Assembly: GCA_017421125.1 (NCBI GenBank)
Contig: JAFOMZ010000173.1
Span: 1,209 to 65,208, forward strand
Direction: 5' to 3'
From: Solobacterium sp.
GTDB lineage: Bacteria > Bacillota_I > Bacilli_A > Erysipelotrichales > Erysipelotrichaceae
Length of the DNA stretch: 64,000 nt
Shown piece after piece: positions 10,634-20,905 of this stretch. The notes beneath the pieces were generated by a model. The model had not been told where the DNA came from, did no database searches, and saw nothing but the letters and a program-made list of their open reading frames with translations. The position numbers and the translations under genes are program-made. How positions within the stretch are numbered: the first letter of the stretch is position 1; every line of letters starts with the position of its first letter.

Positions 10634-12318
10634 CAATGTCATTAAGTTAAAGATGACATTACAGAGCGAAAGGTCTGAAAAGAAAGAGAATCAGGAAGAC
10701 TGAGAGAACAATCTCAGGAAATCCTGATTCTTTTTTCTGAACAACGTTGATAGTCCTGTTGTGATTTCGCATTGAAAAGAACAGCGACCGCTGAATAAAT
10801 GCAGTTGTAATTAAGAGTACCAAATAGTATATTGTCCTTGTTAAGCCGTATAGTATGAGGGTGTCTTGCAGGACTGTGGCCTCACGTTACGACTGAATGA
10901 TCTTCCTGGTCTGATAGGGATCAGGAATTTTATTATTCTTCTTATTAGTTCTTCCTCATCGATTTCGTCATTCATGTAACGACGGATATTTGTGACAGCC
11001 AGTTTGAAATTAGTTTTATATCTCCGTTTGCATTTTTTGTTATGAGGTGGAGGAGTGTTGTTGACAAGGAACCGGCAGTAATTATGGAGAATTAAAGAGG
11101 CATAGATTTCCTGGCGGATCAGTTCCTGATTGGCAGAGTGAAAATACAACATACCAATGGTATACTTGAGATCCCTGAACGCTCCTTCCTCATTCCATCT
11201 CAGATGGTAAATAACTTTGAATTCATCTTCATTCATCTCATCTTCTGTAAGATTAGTAACCAGACATTCATAGGTATCTTCAGTGATTTTGAAACGCAGC
11301 ACTCTCAGGTTCATTTCATAGTATTCATTTTCAAAATCAATGTAATCAAATGGACTGTTGTTCATTAAAACCGCATAAAGCCCATTGTGTGTTGTCTCAC
11401 TGTTGTTAATACGTGTAACGATCTTGCGGATGTGAGTATCGAACGACTCGTTCGGAAGATCCAAAGTGGAAAGAATACCATTACTTCCGATATCCTTTAC
11501 ACGGATGATAAACTTCTGGTTGTTTTCTATAAATGCGGCTATCAGATTATATTTCTCATACCCTCTGTCACAGATAATGATGGATTTATCTGGATATTGT
11601 CTGCTGTGTATTATTTGAGTCAATGCATTGCATTCATTGCTTTTCTTCGCTGTATCAACATATACATCCTGGTAGATATTATTCAGTACATCATAAAGGG
11701 CATTTAAATGAAGCTGGTTATACCCCTTTGTGGCAGACGTCTGGATATAGTAAGTATCTTTATCTTTCGGATTATGACAGATATTGATATCTGAGCCGTC
11801 ACAAGCAAGCAGGTAATATCCGTTGTATGTTTTATAGTTATCGAAACTGTCTGTGAATAATCGAAAAACTCTTTTCACTGCCAATGAATCCAGCTTATAT
11901 CTCTGCTGGCATACAGCTGAAGCAGAAGGCATATCTTCCACATGATCATAGTGATTCATCAGATCGGAGTTTACGGATCTGTCTGAAAGCCGGATCAGAT
12001 AATGAATCAGTGCAGCACAGTTCATCTTTCTCTTGCGTGTAAAAGCAATGCCGGGATCTGTACAATAACATGCGATGTTGTCTGAAACCAGATTAACTGC
12101 ACGGTCCAGACCGGCCCGGATTGATGAAGGCGAATAATAGTAATTACTGGAAATCATAGTCGATTTTCCTCCTACAATTTCCTTCGGATTGTGTAAAAAT
12201 CGGCCTGTTTTCGTGTCAAGTCTTTTCTTCACCTTTTGAAGAAAAAAAGCCCTCAACCTGTTGCTTGGTTGAAAGCTTTTCACAGCCGCTACCTCAATGT
12301 CTTAACTTAATGACATTG
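10634..12318 (-). mobile_element. IS4-family insertion sequence, 1685 bp, apparently intact
   Basis: Perfect 17-bp terminal IRs CAATGTCATTAAGTTAA (10634-10650) and TTAACTTAATGACATTG (12302-12318). 9-bp direct repeat TCCGTGAAG at 10625-10633 and 12319-12327. Visibly AT-richer than its flanks. Confidence 0.95.
10841..12157 (-). CDS. IS4-family DDE transposase (~438 aa)
   Basis: FTRKRK, LACDGS, CDRGY, LVTNL, and YHLRWNEEGAFRDLK (YREK signature). Start placed at ATG 12157 behind a GGAGG RBS rather than at 12283. Confidence 0.92.
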   Translation of the reverse strand: MISSNYYYSPSSIRAGLDRAVNLVSDNIACYCTDPGIAFTRKRKMNCAALIHYLIRLSDRSVNSDLMNHYDHVEDMPSASAVCQQRYKLDSLAVKRVFRLFTDSFDNYKTYNGYYLLACDGSDINICHNPKDKDTYYIQTSATKGYNQLHLNALYDVLNNIYQDVYVDTAKKSNECNALTQIIHSRQYPDKSIIICDRGYEKYNLIAAFIENNQKFIIRVKDIGSNGILSTLDLPNESFDTHIRKIVTRINNSETTHNGLYAVLMNNSPFDYIDFENEYYEMNLRVLRFKITEDTYECLVTNLTEDEMNEDEFKVIYHLRWNEEGAFRDLKYTIGMLYFHSANQELIRQEIYASLILHNYCRFLVNNTPPPHNKKCKRRYKTNFKLAVTNIRRYMNDEIDEEELIRRIIKFLIPIRPGRSFSRNVRPQSCKTPSYYTA

Positions 12319-12334
12319 TCCGTGAAGTTCCTTT

Positions 12335-12565
12335 TTATTCTGCAGCAGGAGCTACTTCCTTTTCTGCAGCCGGCTTAGCTTTAGCGCCTGCTTTGAGTGT
12401 CTTCATCGCGCGGGCTGAAACACGAAGTGTTGTAGGCTTGCCGTCAACGATCACATGAACTTTCTGCAGGTTAACGTTCCACTTGCGGCGTGTCGCGCGC
12501 AGGGAGTGGGAACGGTTGTTTCCCGACATCGCTTTTTTACCGGATACGGCACAAACTCTGGACAT
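12335..12565 (-). CDS. rpmB: 50S ribosomal protein L28
   Basis: MSRVC...GNNRSHS...RRKWNVNLQ; GGAGG RBS. Confidence 0.97.
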   Translation of the reverse strand: MSRVCAVSGKKAMSGNNRSHSLRATRRKWNVNLQKVHVIVDGKPTTLRVSARAMKTLKAGAKAKPAAEKEVAPAAE

Positions 12566-12916
12566 ACCATAACCTCCTTACATAACAATGCCTAATTAGA
12601 TTAGCACGGAAAAATCCTAAATGCAACAAAAAGTGAATGTTCCTGCACTGAATCTCTGCCTGTTTTCTGCGGTAATTTATGCAGTGCTGTATATGTTCAT
12701 ACATATTCCTGAAGTACAGCGGTCCCTCAGGCAATGTTCTTCTGCGCACACCGTACAGACGGGAAGGGATATCTTTCTGCCGGAATGAAAAAATGAATCA
12801 TGTATCAGAAAGCGTTTCATGCATGGCTGAAAAAGAAATGTATATGCCTGAAATCTCTTTAGAAGATTTTGTGAATGTGGTAGAATAACTATGTTTAATC
12901 GGAAGGAGTTCAGACG

Positions 12917-14182
12917 GTGAGCGATAAGCAGATATTTGCAGCATTAGAAGCTGTTGATCATGAAGTACGTCTGATTGTGGGCGAATTCTTCAATACGCGC
13001 TTTAATATCATTAAAGTTGAGCGCACCCCGATCGAAGGGTTTACAGGCGGAGCCATTACTGATCCTGAAGCTGTAGCGAAAGGGATCAGAACTGCAGCGG
13101 TCGACGCATCCAAGATGATTGGAGCAGACATTGAGAAAGTGATCGTTGCAATGCCTTCATATGGAATGAAGAGATATTCCGTGAAGTCAACGGTTCCCGT
13201 AACAGGTATCGATGGTGCTGTGACAGTTGAAGATATCCGTGAAGCAGTCAGAAAAGCACAGTCAATCAGTATCGGAAAAGACCTCGCACTGATTCAGACC
13301 GTCTGTGTCAAATACACGGTGAACGGGATCACGTCAAGGCGTATTCCTGTCGGCGAAAAAGCAAATGCGCTGACAGTCGATATTGATCTGCTGTGTGCAG
13401 ACAGACAGCTGTCATTTGATATAGTCACATGCGTTGAACAGGCGGGACTGCAGGTCATCGATATTTTCCCTGATGTGTTTGCAGTGGCAAAGGAAGCTGC
13501 CCTGTTCGAACAGGCAGTCGATCAGAACGTGATCGTTCTGAAAATGGAAAGAAGCACCACAACACTGGGTCTTCTCAGCAAGGGCAGGCTGACGACCTGC
13601 ATCGTTGAGCCCCAGGGTGTTGGAACGATCGGCATGGCGGTCCAGGAGAAATACGGACTCAAGAGTGACGTTTGTGCCGAACTTGTCAAATACAGCGCAA
13701 GATTGAATGAAAAAGTCAATTCAACGAATCCCGTATACATCTGGGCAGATGCGGAAGGCGGAACACAGAAAATCAACGAGCAGCAGCTGTGTGACTGCAT
13801 ACGCGGAAATGTTGAAAAATGGCTTAATGATATGCAAAAACTGTGTCAGCCAATCTTGCAAGCAGGTCCGACTGCTGTTATTATAACTGGAGAAGGCGGC
13901 GAAATGCAGGGGCTGAAAGACCTGCTGCAGAAGAAGCTGGGCTGTGAAGTCCGCAACTATATTCCTGACACACTGGGTGGAAGGAACGCCGGTCTTACAG
14001 CGTGCCTTGGCCTGTTCTATGCTTTTAAGGACAAACAGCCGATTACCGGCTTCACAGAAAACAGCCTTGATATGGATGCATTCATGGATGCAGTCAGTTA
14101 CAGAGGCAGAGAAACAACAGGTAATCCTGAAGACACGATAACTAAAAAGCTGAAGGGTATTCTCTTCGACGGGAAAAAGTAG
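12917..14182 (+). CDS. ftsA: Cell division protein FtsA
   Basis: Actin-like fold motifs (IITGEGG), C-terminal amphipathic helix ITKKLKGILF, directly upstream of ftsZ; GTG start with AAGGAG RBS. Confidence 0.88.
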   Translation: MSDKQIFAALEAVDHEVRLIVGEFFNTRFNIIKVERTPIEGFTGGAITDPEAVAKGIRTAAVDASKMIGADIEKVIVAMPSYGMKRYSVKSTVPVTGIDGAVTVEDIREAVRKAQSISIGKDLALIQTVCVKYTVNGITSRRIPVGEKANALTVDIDLLCADRQLSFDIVTCVEQAGLQVIDIFPDVFAVAKEAALFEQAVDQNVIVLKMERSTTTLGLLSKGRLTTCIVEPQGVGTIGMAVQEKYGLKSDVCAELVKYSARLNEKVNSTNPVYIWADAEGGTQKINEQQLCDCIRGNVEKWLNDMQKLCQPILQAGPTAVIITGEGGEMQGLKDLLQKKLGCEVRNYIPDTLGGRNAGLTACLGLFYAFKDKQPITGFTENSLDMDAFMDAVSYRGRETTGNPEDTITKKLKGILFDGKK

Positions 14183-14194
14183 AGAGGAAAAAGT

Positions 14195-15283
14195 ATGGCA
14201 GACTTATCTTACAATCAGGTGGCACGGATCAAGGTATTCGGAATCGGCGGTGCCGGCAGCAATGCGGTTAACCGCATGGTAGAGGAAGGCGTACAGGGCG
14301 TTGAGTTCTATGTTGCAAACACAGATCTTCAGGCACTGGATGTTTCTCCCGTTACAAATAAGATCCAGCTCGGAAACGAAGGACTGGGTGCAGGCGGAAA
14401 TCCTGACAACGGACGTAAAGCAGCTGTAGAGAGTGAAGAAGATATCAGAAACGCTATGGAAGGCGCTGATATGATCTTCCTGACAGCAGGACTCGGCGGC
14501 GGAACAGGTACAGGTGCATCCCCGTTATTCGCAAAGATTGCAAAGGAACTCGGGTGCCTGACAGTAGGTATCGTTACAAAACCGTTCAGCTTTGAAGGCA
14601 GAAGAAGAATGATCCAGGCTGAGCAGGGACTTGAACAGCTGAAAGAATATGTTGACAGTCTGATTATTATATCGAACAACAAGGTTCTTGAAGTGATCGG
14701 TCATATCCCGTTCGAAGATGCATTCAAGGAAGCTGACAACATTCTCCGTCAGGGTGTTCAGACGATCACAGACCTGATCGCTGTTCCTGCAATGATCAAC
14801 CTTGACTTTGCGGATATCAAGAGCGTTATGGAAGGTCAGGGAAGCGCCCTGATCGGTATCGGCATGGCATCCGGCGAAAACAAGGCGAAGGAAGCTGCCG
14901 CAAAGGCTATCCAGTCACCGCTGCTCGAAGCTCAGATCTCCGGTGCCAGAAGCGCGATCGTCAACGTAACCGGCGGCGCAAGCATGTCCGCTTACGATGC
15001 TCAGGAAGCTGTTGAATACATCCGTGAAGCAGCAGGCAATGATATCGATATCATCTTCGGTGTTGCCATCAATGAAAAGATCGGTGAATCCATCATCGTT
15101 ACAGTTATCGCAACAGGATTTGATCTGCCGAAAGCAGAACTGCTTGTTACGGAAGTTCCTGCAAACCAGGCAAGACCTGTTGCAGGCGGCGTACAGCCTG
15201 AACCTGAACTCGGATTCGCTACAGGTCTGGAAATGGAAGACGATGACAGATCCGGAATCCCCAACTTCTTTAACAGAAACTGA
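14195..15283 (+). CDS. ftsZ: Cell division protein FtsZ
   Basis: GIGGAGSNAVNRM, GGGTGTG, NLDFAD, C-terminal IPNFF. Confidence 0.99.
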   Translation: MADLSYNQVARIKVFGIGGAGSNAVNRMVEEGVQGVEFYVANTDLQALDVSPVTNKIQLGNEGLGAGGNPDNGRKAAVESEEDIRNAMEGADMIFLTAGLGGGTGTGASPLFAKIAKELGCLTVGIVTKPFSFEGRRRMIQAEQGLEQLKEYVDSLIIISNNKVLEVIGHIPFEDAFKEADNILRQGVQTITDLIAVPAMINLDFADIKSVMEGQGSALIGIGMASGENKAKEAAAKAIQSPLLEAQISGARSAIVNVTGGASMSAYDAQEAVEYIREAAGNDIDIIFGVAINEKIGESIIVTVIATGFDLPKAELLVTEVPANQARPVAGGVQPEPELGFATGLEMEDDDRSGIPNFFNRN

Positions 15284-15305
15284 TTGTAGACAAAGCATAC
15301 AGCTG

Positions 15306-15330
15306 AAGCCCGGCATAAGCCGGGCTTTTT
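15306..15330 (+). terminator. Intrinsic terminator after ftsZ
   Basis: AAGCCCGGC-ATAA-GCCGGGCTT followed by a T run. Confidence 0.85.
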
Positions 15331-15435
15331 CTGTACAAAATATAACGATGTTATGCTCTGTGAGATTGATATTGCCTGCCGTTGCATGAGAAAATAACTA
15401 TAACAAATCTGTAAAAAATATAAGGAGATCATGAA

Positions 15436-16347
15436 ATGACTGAAAAGTATCTTGGTATCGATGTCGGAGGAACAGAGATCAAGTATGCCCTGATGACAGA
15501 AGATGAATTTCTGGAGAAAGGATATATTCCGACACCGAAAGAATCAATGGAAGCTTTTATTGAAGCGATCGGACAGATCTATGATCAGTATGCCGATCAG
15601 ACAAAGGTTATCGTCATGTCTGCACCCGGCAGGATCGACGCGCAGACCGGATTCTTCTATTCGGGAGGCGCGCTGTCTGCTTTCCTGACAAATGTCAATG
15701 CGGCAGAACTGATCAAAAAGAGATGCGGAATTGAAGAAGTAGCGATCGAAAATGACGGCAAAGCAGCAGGTCTTGCTGAAGTATGGAAGGGAAGCCTGAA
15801 GGGTGTCCGCAACGGAGCTGTCATCGGGATCGGGACCGGTATTGCCGGAGCAGTCGTCATTGACGGCAAACTGCACCGCGGTTCCCATTTCTCTGCCGGT
15901 GAATTCTCACTGCTGGACTCCAATTACCAGGGATTCTATCTGCAGAACCTGTGGGCGATCCGCAGCTGTACACCGAACCTTGTGGCGACATATGCGACAA
16001 GAACAATGGAAGATCCCGCGTCACTCAACGGACGTATATTCTTCGAAAGACTGCAGAACGGGGATGAGGCCGCAAAGCAGGTCCTGGATGAATTCTGCGG
16101 TGAATTCGTCAACGGCATCCTGACGCTGCAGGCAGTCCTGGACGCGGACAGATACTGTATCGGAGGCGGCATCTCCAAGCAGCCGGTCCTGATCGAAACA
16201 CTGAACAGAAAGATCGACGAGATCTATGCGGTCACAGGCAATGCGCTTCCTGTCATCAAACCGGAGATCGTCGCGTGCACATTCCATAATGACGCGAACC
16301 TGATCGGTGCGCTCTATCATTATCTGTACGAACTGAAGCAGCAGTAA
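15436..16347 (+). CDS. ROK-family sugar kinase (no HTH, no CxC zinc motif)
   Basis: GIDVGGT, IENDGKAA, GTGIAGA, GEFS, IGGGIS, NDANLIGA. Confidence 0.88.
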   Translation: MTEKYLGIDVGGTEIKYALMTEDEFLEKGYIPTPKESMEAFIEAIGQIYDQYADQTKVIVMSAPGRIDAQTGFFYSGGALSAFLTNVNAAELIKKRCGIEEVAIENDGKAAGLAEVWKGSLKGVRNGAVIGIGTGIAGAVVIDGKLHRGSHFSAGEFSLLDSNYQGFYLQNLWAIRSCTPNLVATYATRTMEDPASLNGRIFFERLQNGDEAAKQVLDEFCGEFVNGILTLQAVLDADRYCIGGGISKQPVLIETLNRKIDEIYAVTGNALPVIKPEIVACTFHNDANLIGALYHYLYELKQQ

Positions 16348-16359
16348 AACATTAGTCAC

Positions 16360-16387
16360 AAGGGCATATGGCAGACATATGCCTTTT
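16360..16387 (+). terminator. Intrinsic terminator after ROK gene
   Basis: AGGGCATATG-GCAGA-CATATGCCTT-TT hairpin. Confidence 0.75.
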
Positions 16388-16394
16388 GTATTGA

Positions 16395-16423
16395 TTGCCT
16401 GTCAAAACGGTGTCTGATATAAT
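16395..16423 (+). promoter_or_regulatory. SigA-type promoter of the rsmE operon
   Basis: TTGCCT-17 bp-TATAAT with extended TG. Confidence 0.7.
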
Positions 16424-16443
16424 CAGAAAACGGAAAAGAAATT

Positions 16444-17151
16444 ATGCAGCAGTATTTTATGGATCGTCCGCTGGAAGTCGGACAGAAAGCAGTATTCACA
16501 AAAGAACAGGCACACCATGCAGGAACAGTCGTCAGACTGAACCGGGAAGTGATCAGGCTCGTTCATGACGGAAAAGGCTATTTTGCCGTGGGTGCTCCGG
16601 AAGGAAAAGGCTTCAGTGCGCTGGTAACGGAAGAAGATCCCAATGTCAACGAGCTGAACACAAAGATCACGCTTGCCATGGCGCTCATACGCCGGGAAAA
16701 GATGGAGTGGGTACTGCAGAAGGCGACGGAACTCGGCGTATCGCGGATCGTACCGTTCGTATCGGGAAGATGCGTGGTAAAGAATAAAAAAGAAAAGACC
16801 GACCGCTGGAATACGATCGTTCTGGAAGCTGCCCAGCAGTGCAAGCGGAATTTCATTCCGGAGATCACGGCTGTCGTTTCCCTGAAGGATCTGAAAGACT
16901 ACCGCAGTGAAGTCAATCTCGCTGCCTTTGAAAAGGCGTCGGAAGCTTCCGGCAGGATCTCGAAGTTTCTGCCTGCGGAGTCGGTAACTGTGGTGATCGG
17001 ACCGGAAGGCGGCTTCTCGGATGATGAAGTGTCGCTGATGTCTGATATGGAGTTTCATCCTATTACCCTCGGAAACAGGATCCTGCGTGCCGAGACAGCA
17101 GCAGTCTATGCCGTCAGTGTGATCGGTGAATATGAAGAAGGTGCCAGATGA
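16444..17151 (+). CDS. rsmE: 16S rRNA m3U1498 methyltransferase
   Basis: QKATELGV, EAAQQCKR, IGPEGGFS, LGNRILRAETA. Confidence 0.96.
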   Translation: MQQYFMDRPLEVGQKAVFTKEQAHHAGTVVRLNREVIRLVHDGKGYFAVGAPEGKGFSALVTEEDPNVNELNTKITLAMALIRREKMEWVLQKATELGVSRIVPFVSGRCVVKNKKEKTDRWNTIVLEAAQQCKRNFIPEITAVVSLKDLKDYRSEVNLAAFEKASEASGRISKFLPAESVTVVIGPEGGFSDDEVSLMSDMEFHPITLGNRILRAETAAVYAVSVIGEYEEGAR

Positions 17152-18422
17152 GGTTTTCAGCAATTAATCTTGGCTGTAAGGTCAATGCGTTTGAAACGGA
17201 AAGTGTTGCCGGCATGCTTGAACAACGCGGACATACCCGTGTTGAGCCGGATGAAGACAGCGATGCCTGTCTGATTTTTACGTGTGCCGTGACGAATACG
17301 GCAGCTGCCAAAAGCAGACAGATGATCCACCGTATGCGCAAACGGAATCCGGACGCGGTGCTTGTCGTAGCAGGCTGCTATGCCCAGATCGATCCGGCCG
17401 CTCTGAAAACAGCTGACGTGCTGGTCGGCAATGCGCACAAAATGAATATCCCGGATTATATCGATTCCTTCCGGGAGAACCATATCCGCATATCGGAACC
17501 CTCGGAAACAGACAGACCGCCGTTTGAGCCGATGACTGTAGACCGTTTTGAGCACCAGACAAGGGCGTACCTGCGTATTCAGGATGGCTGCAACCAGTTC
17601 TGCACGTACTGCATCATCCCGTATGCAAGAGGCAGGGAGCGTTCAATGGATCCGGATATGGCTGTACGTGAAGCCGTGAGGCTTTCCCGTTCGCATCATG
17701 AGATCGTGCTCACCGGCATCCATACCGGCAGATACGGCAGGGAACACGGCGTCACACTGGCACAGTTGATGAAGCGGATCCTGCATGAAGCGGATGATTT
17801 GCAGAGACTGCGCATCTCTTCGATCGAGATCACGGAGCTGGATGATGAGTTTGTTGAGCTTATGAAAAATGAGCCGCGGATCGCCAGACATCTGCATATC
17901 CCGCTGCAGGCAGGAAGTGACCGGATTCTTGAACTGATGCATCGTCCTTATGATACGAATGCGTATTATAATAGGATGGAAGAGATCAGAAATGCTGTAC
18001 CGGATCTTTCCGTGTCATGCGACCTCATGACCGGATTCCCGACCGAGACCGATGAAGACCATCAGGACGCGCTTGCATTCCTGAGAAAATGCAGGTTCTC
18101 GTTCATGCATGTATTCCCGTATTCCATGCGGGAAGGAACAGCTGCCGCGGCGATGAAACAGCAGGTCCCTTCACAGGTCAAAAAACAGCGCACTGCGGAC
18201 TGCATCGCGCTGTCACAGGAACTCTATGATGCATACAAGACATCATGGCTGAACAGAAGCGCTGATGTGATGTGTGAGACGGTACAGGACGGCTGGACCA
18301 GAGGCTACACATCACAGTATATCCCCGTCAAGATCGAAGGGGAATTTGAATCGGGATCCATGGTACGGACAGATCTGACCGCACTCAGGGATCATCAGGT
18401 TTACGGAAAGAGGCATGTATGA
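17148..18422 (+). CDS. mtaB: tRNA t6A37 methylthiotransferase
   Basis: LGCKVN, TCAVT, GCYAQ, QDGCNQFCTYCIIP, HVFPYS; rsmE-mtaB synteny. Confidence 0.93.
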   Translation: MRFSAINLGCKVNAFETESVAGMLEQRGHTRVEPDEDSDACLIFTCAVTNTAAAKSRQMIHRMRKRNPDAVLVVAGCYAQIDPAALKTADVLVGNAHKMNIPDYIDSFRENHIRISEPSETDRPPFEPMTVDRFEHQTRAYLRIQDGCNQFCTYCIIPYARGRERSMDPDMAVREAVRLSRSHHEIVLTGIHTGRYGREHGVTLAQLMKRILHEADDLQRLRISSIEITELDDEFVELMKNEPRIARHLHIPLQAGSDRILELMHRPYDTNAYYNRMEEIRNAVPDLSVSCDLMTGFPTETDEDHQDALAFLRKCRFSFMHVFPYSMREGTAAAAMKQQVPSQVKKQRTADCIALSQELYDAYKTSWLNRSADVMCETVQDGWTRGYTSQYIPVKIEGEFESGSMVRTDLTALRDHQVYGKRHV

Positions 18423-19858
18423 AACTGACGGAATTATTTGAACAGGTACCTGATATAGAGATCAGGAGTTTAATGGCTGACAGCCGGAAAAAACGTCCGG
18501 ATTCCATCTTTTTCTGTGAAAAGGGAATGATGTTTGACGGACACAGATTTGTCGAACAGGCGATCGAAAACGGCGCGAAGGTCATCGTACATTCCGAGCC
18601 GATCGCAAACAAGCATCCGGATATCACCTATATCCGAGTCAAGGATGTCAACTCCGTATTCAACCGTGTAGCTGACGCGTTCTACGGATATCCTTCCCAC
18701 CGTCTGACGATGTACGGCGTAACAGGAACCAACGGCAAGAGCTCAACAGCCTGCATCATCCGGGATATCCTGAATGATTATTCGCCGACCGGCTATATCG
18801 GAACGATCTCGATCGCGTACGGAAACGTCAAGCTTCCGCCGCTTCTGACGACGCCGAATATCGATGACCTGCACGGCATCCTGAGTGACATGGTGTCCGC
18901 AGGAATCAAGAACTGCGCGCTGGAAGCGTCTTCGATCGGCATTGAACAGGGAAGGGTCGACAGTATTGATTTTGACGCGGCGATCTTTACGAACCTGACG
19001 CATGACCATCTGGACTATCACGGAACGATGGAGAATTACTTTGCCGCAAAGAAGGAACTGTTTGACAGCCTGAAGCCGGAAGCAGTCGCCATTACCAACG
19101 CGGATGATCCCTACGGAATGAAGATCGTCGCTGACTGCAAGTGTCCGGTCGTAACATACGGTATCGACAATGACGCGGATTACCGTGTCACAAAGTACCA
19201 GCTGATGAAGGACAAGACCGTATTCACGCTGAAATGCAACGGCATGGAATATGAGATGGAAACGAACCTTGTCGCGAAGTTCAACATCTATAACCTCGTA
19301 GGTGCGATCGCGGCATTGAACCAGAAGGGTCTCAGCATTACCCAGATCCTGGAAAAGATCGGCCATATCAATCAGATCGAAGGACGTATGGAACGGATCA
19401 ATCTGGGACAGCCGTTCAATATTCTGGTCGATTTTGCCCATACACCCGACGGGATCACAAAACTCTGCTCCTATGCGGCTGCCATTACCAAGAAGGACAA
19501 CCGGATCATTGCCGTGACCGGTTCAGCCGGCAAGCGTGATACCGCGAAGCGTCCGGTATTCGGACAGATCCTCGATAAATATGCGGATATGATCATCCTG
19601 ACCGAAGACGATCCGCGTGATGAACAGATCATCGATATCTGCAACTCCATTGCCTCAGGCATCAAAAACACGAACTACATCATCGTGGAAGACCGTTACG
19701 ACGCGATCCGCCAGGCGATCGAAATGGCGGAAAGCGGTGACTGCGTCCTGCTGATGGGCAAGGGCGACGAGAAGTTTATCTACCGTGAATACGGAAGAGA
19801 ACCATATGAAGGCGATGACGCGATCGCCGTTGAAATACTGAAAAAGTACTGTCTTTAG
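18419..19858 (+). CDS. murE: UDP-MurNAc-dipeptide amino-acid ligase
   Basis: [42 protein letters not shown]. Confidence 0.93.
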   Translation: MKLTELFEQVPDIEIRSLMADSRKKRPDSIFFCEKGMMFDGHRFVEQAIENGAKVIVHSEPIANKHPDITYIRVKDVNSVFNRVADAFYGYPSHRLTMYGVTGTNGKSSTACIIRDILNDYSPTGYIGTISIAYGNVKLPPLLTTPNIDDLHGILSDMVSAGIKNCALEASSIGIEQGRVDSIDFDAAIFTNLTHDHLDYHGTMENYFAAKKELFDSLKPEAVAITNADDPYGMKIVADCKCPVVTYGIDNDADYRVTKYQLMKDKTVFTLKCNGMEYEMETNLVAKFNIYNLVGAIAALNQKGLSITQILEKIGHINQIEGRMERINLGQPFNILVDFAHTPDGITKLCSYAAAITKKDNRIIAVTGSAGKRDTAKRPVFGQILDKYADMIILTEDDPRDEQIIDICNSIASGIKNTNYIIVEDRYDAIRQAIEMAESGDCVLLMGKGDEKFIYREYGREPYEGDDAIAVEILKKYCL

Positions 19859-19862
19859 GAGG

Positions 19863-20504
19863 ATGAACATGAAGCGCAGCAAGTACATTGACCACACACT
19901 GCTGAAAGCAGACGCAACAAAGGAAATGATCCTCAAACTGTGCAGCGAAGCAAAGGAATATGACTTTGCGTCTGTCTGCGTCAATCCGTGCTGGATCGAA
20001 ACAGTCAAGGAAGCACTGGCCGGTTCGGATGTCATGACATGTGTTGTCATCGGTTTCCCGCTCGGTGCCATGACGACAGCTGCCAAGGTCTTCGAAGCGA
20101 AAGACGCTGTTGAGCGCGGTGCCGACGAAGTCGACATGGTCATCAACATCGGCAAACTCAAGGATCAGGATGACGCATATGTAACGGAAGAGATCAGAGC
20201 GATCAAGGAAGCCGTCGGCGATCATACACTCAAGGTGATCATCGAAGCGTGCCTGCTGAGCGATGAGGAAAAGGTCCGCGCATGCAGAGACGCAGAAGCA
20301 GCCGGAGCTGATTTCGTCAAGACAAGTACGGGATTCTCACTGCACGGAGCTACGATCGAAGATGTCAGGCTGATGAAGGAAACAGTCGGCGACCGTCTGA
20401 AGGTCAAGGCTGCCGGAGGCGTACGTACCGCCGAAGACATGGATCACATGATCGAAGTCGGTGCTGAGCGTATCGGCACAAGCGCAGGCATCAAACTGAT
20501 GTAA
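19863..20504 (+). CDS. deoC: Deoxyribose-phosphate aldolase
   Basis: [35 protein letters not shown]. Confidence 0.97.
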   Translation: MNMKRSKYIDHTLLKADATKEMILKLCSEAKEYDFASVCVNPCWIETVKEALAGSDVMTCVVIGFPLGAMTTAAKVFEAKDAVERGADEVDMVINIGKLKDQDDAYVTEEIRAIKEAVGDHTLKVIIEACLLSDEEKVRACRDAEAAGADFVKTSTGFSLHGATIEDVRLMKETVGDRLKVKAAGGVRTAEDMDHMIEVGAERIGTSAGIKLM

Positions 20505-20648
20505 GACGAAAGGGATGCATGAACGCATCCTTTTTTCCTGCGCCGGCCGGTGAAAAAACCCGGAAATGTTCTGAAATATGACGTTGCAATTGGGAAAAGT
20601 GTTTGATAGTATATTAAGTGCTTTCGCGTACGGAAAGGGGGGTTGAAA

Positions 20649-20828
20649 ATGTCCAGAGTTGTTGTGAAAGAAAATGAGAATCTCGATGATGCACTGCGCC
20701 GCTTCAAGCGTCAGGTATCACGTAATGGAACCCTTGCCGAAGCGCGCAAGAGAGAGTATTACGTAAAGCCGGGCGTCAAGAAGAGACTCAAGCGTGAAGC
20801 TGCACGTAAGAACAGAAAACGCAAGTAA
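20649..20828 (+). CDS. rpsU: 30S ribosomal protein S21
   Basis: [14 protein letters not shown]...RKREYYVKP; upstream TTGCAA-17-TAGTAT promoter candidate and downstream hairpin. Confidence 0.97.
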   Translation: MSRVVVKENENLDDALRRFKRQVSRNGTLAEARKREYYVKPGVKKRLKREAARKNRKRK

Positions 20829-20905
20829 TCAGGAAAAGAAGCAATGCTTCTTTTTTTGTACATCAGTTGATGTGTATTATAATGAACCTGTGAAGGAGGC
20901 TTCCC

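Noticed and set aside
11138-11707. Two + strand ORFs (76 and 106 aa) inside the IS
   Set aside because: Antisense to the transposase, with no RBS or recognisable motifs.
12158-12283. 42-aa N-terminal extension of the transposase in the ORF track
   Set aside because: Runs through the IS end hairpin; the GGAGG RBS supports ATG 12157.
12537-12888. 69-70-aa ORFs in the rpmB-ftsA intergenic region
   Set aside because: No convincing RBS, they overlap promoter elements, and the composition is atypical.
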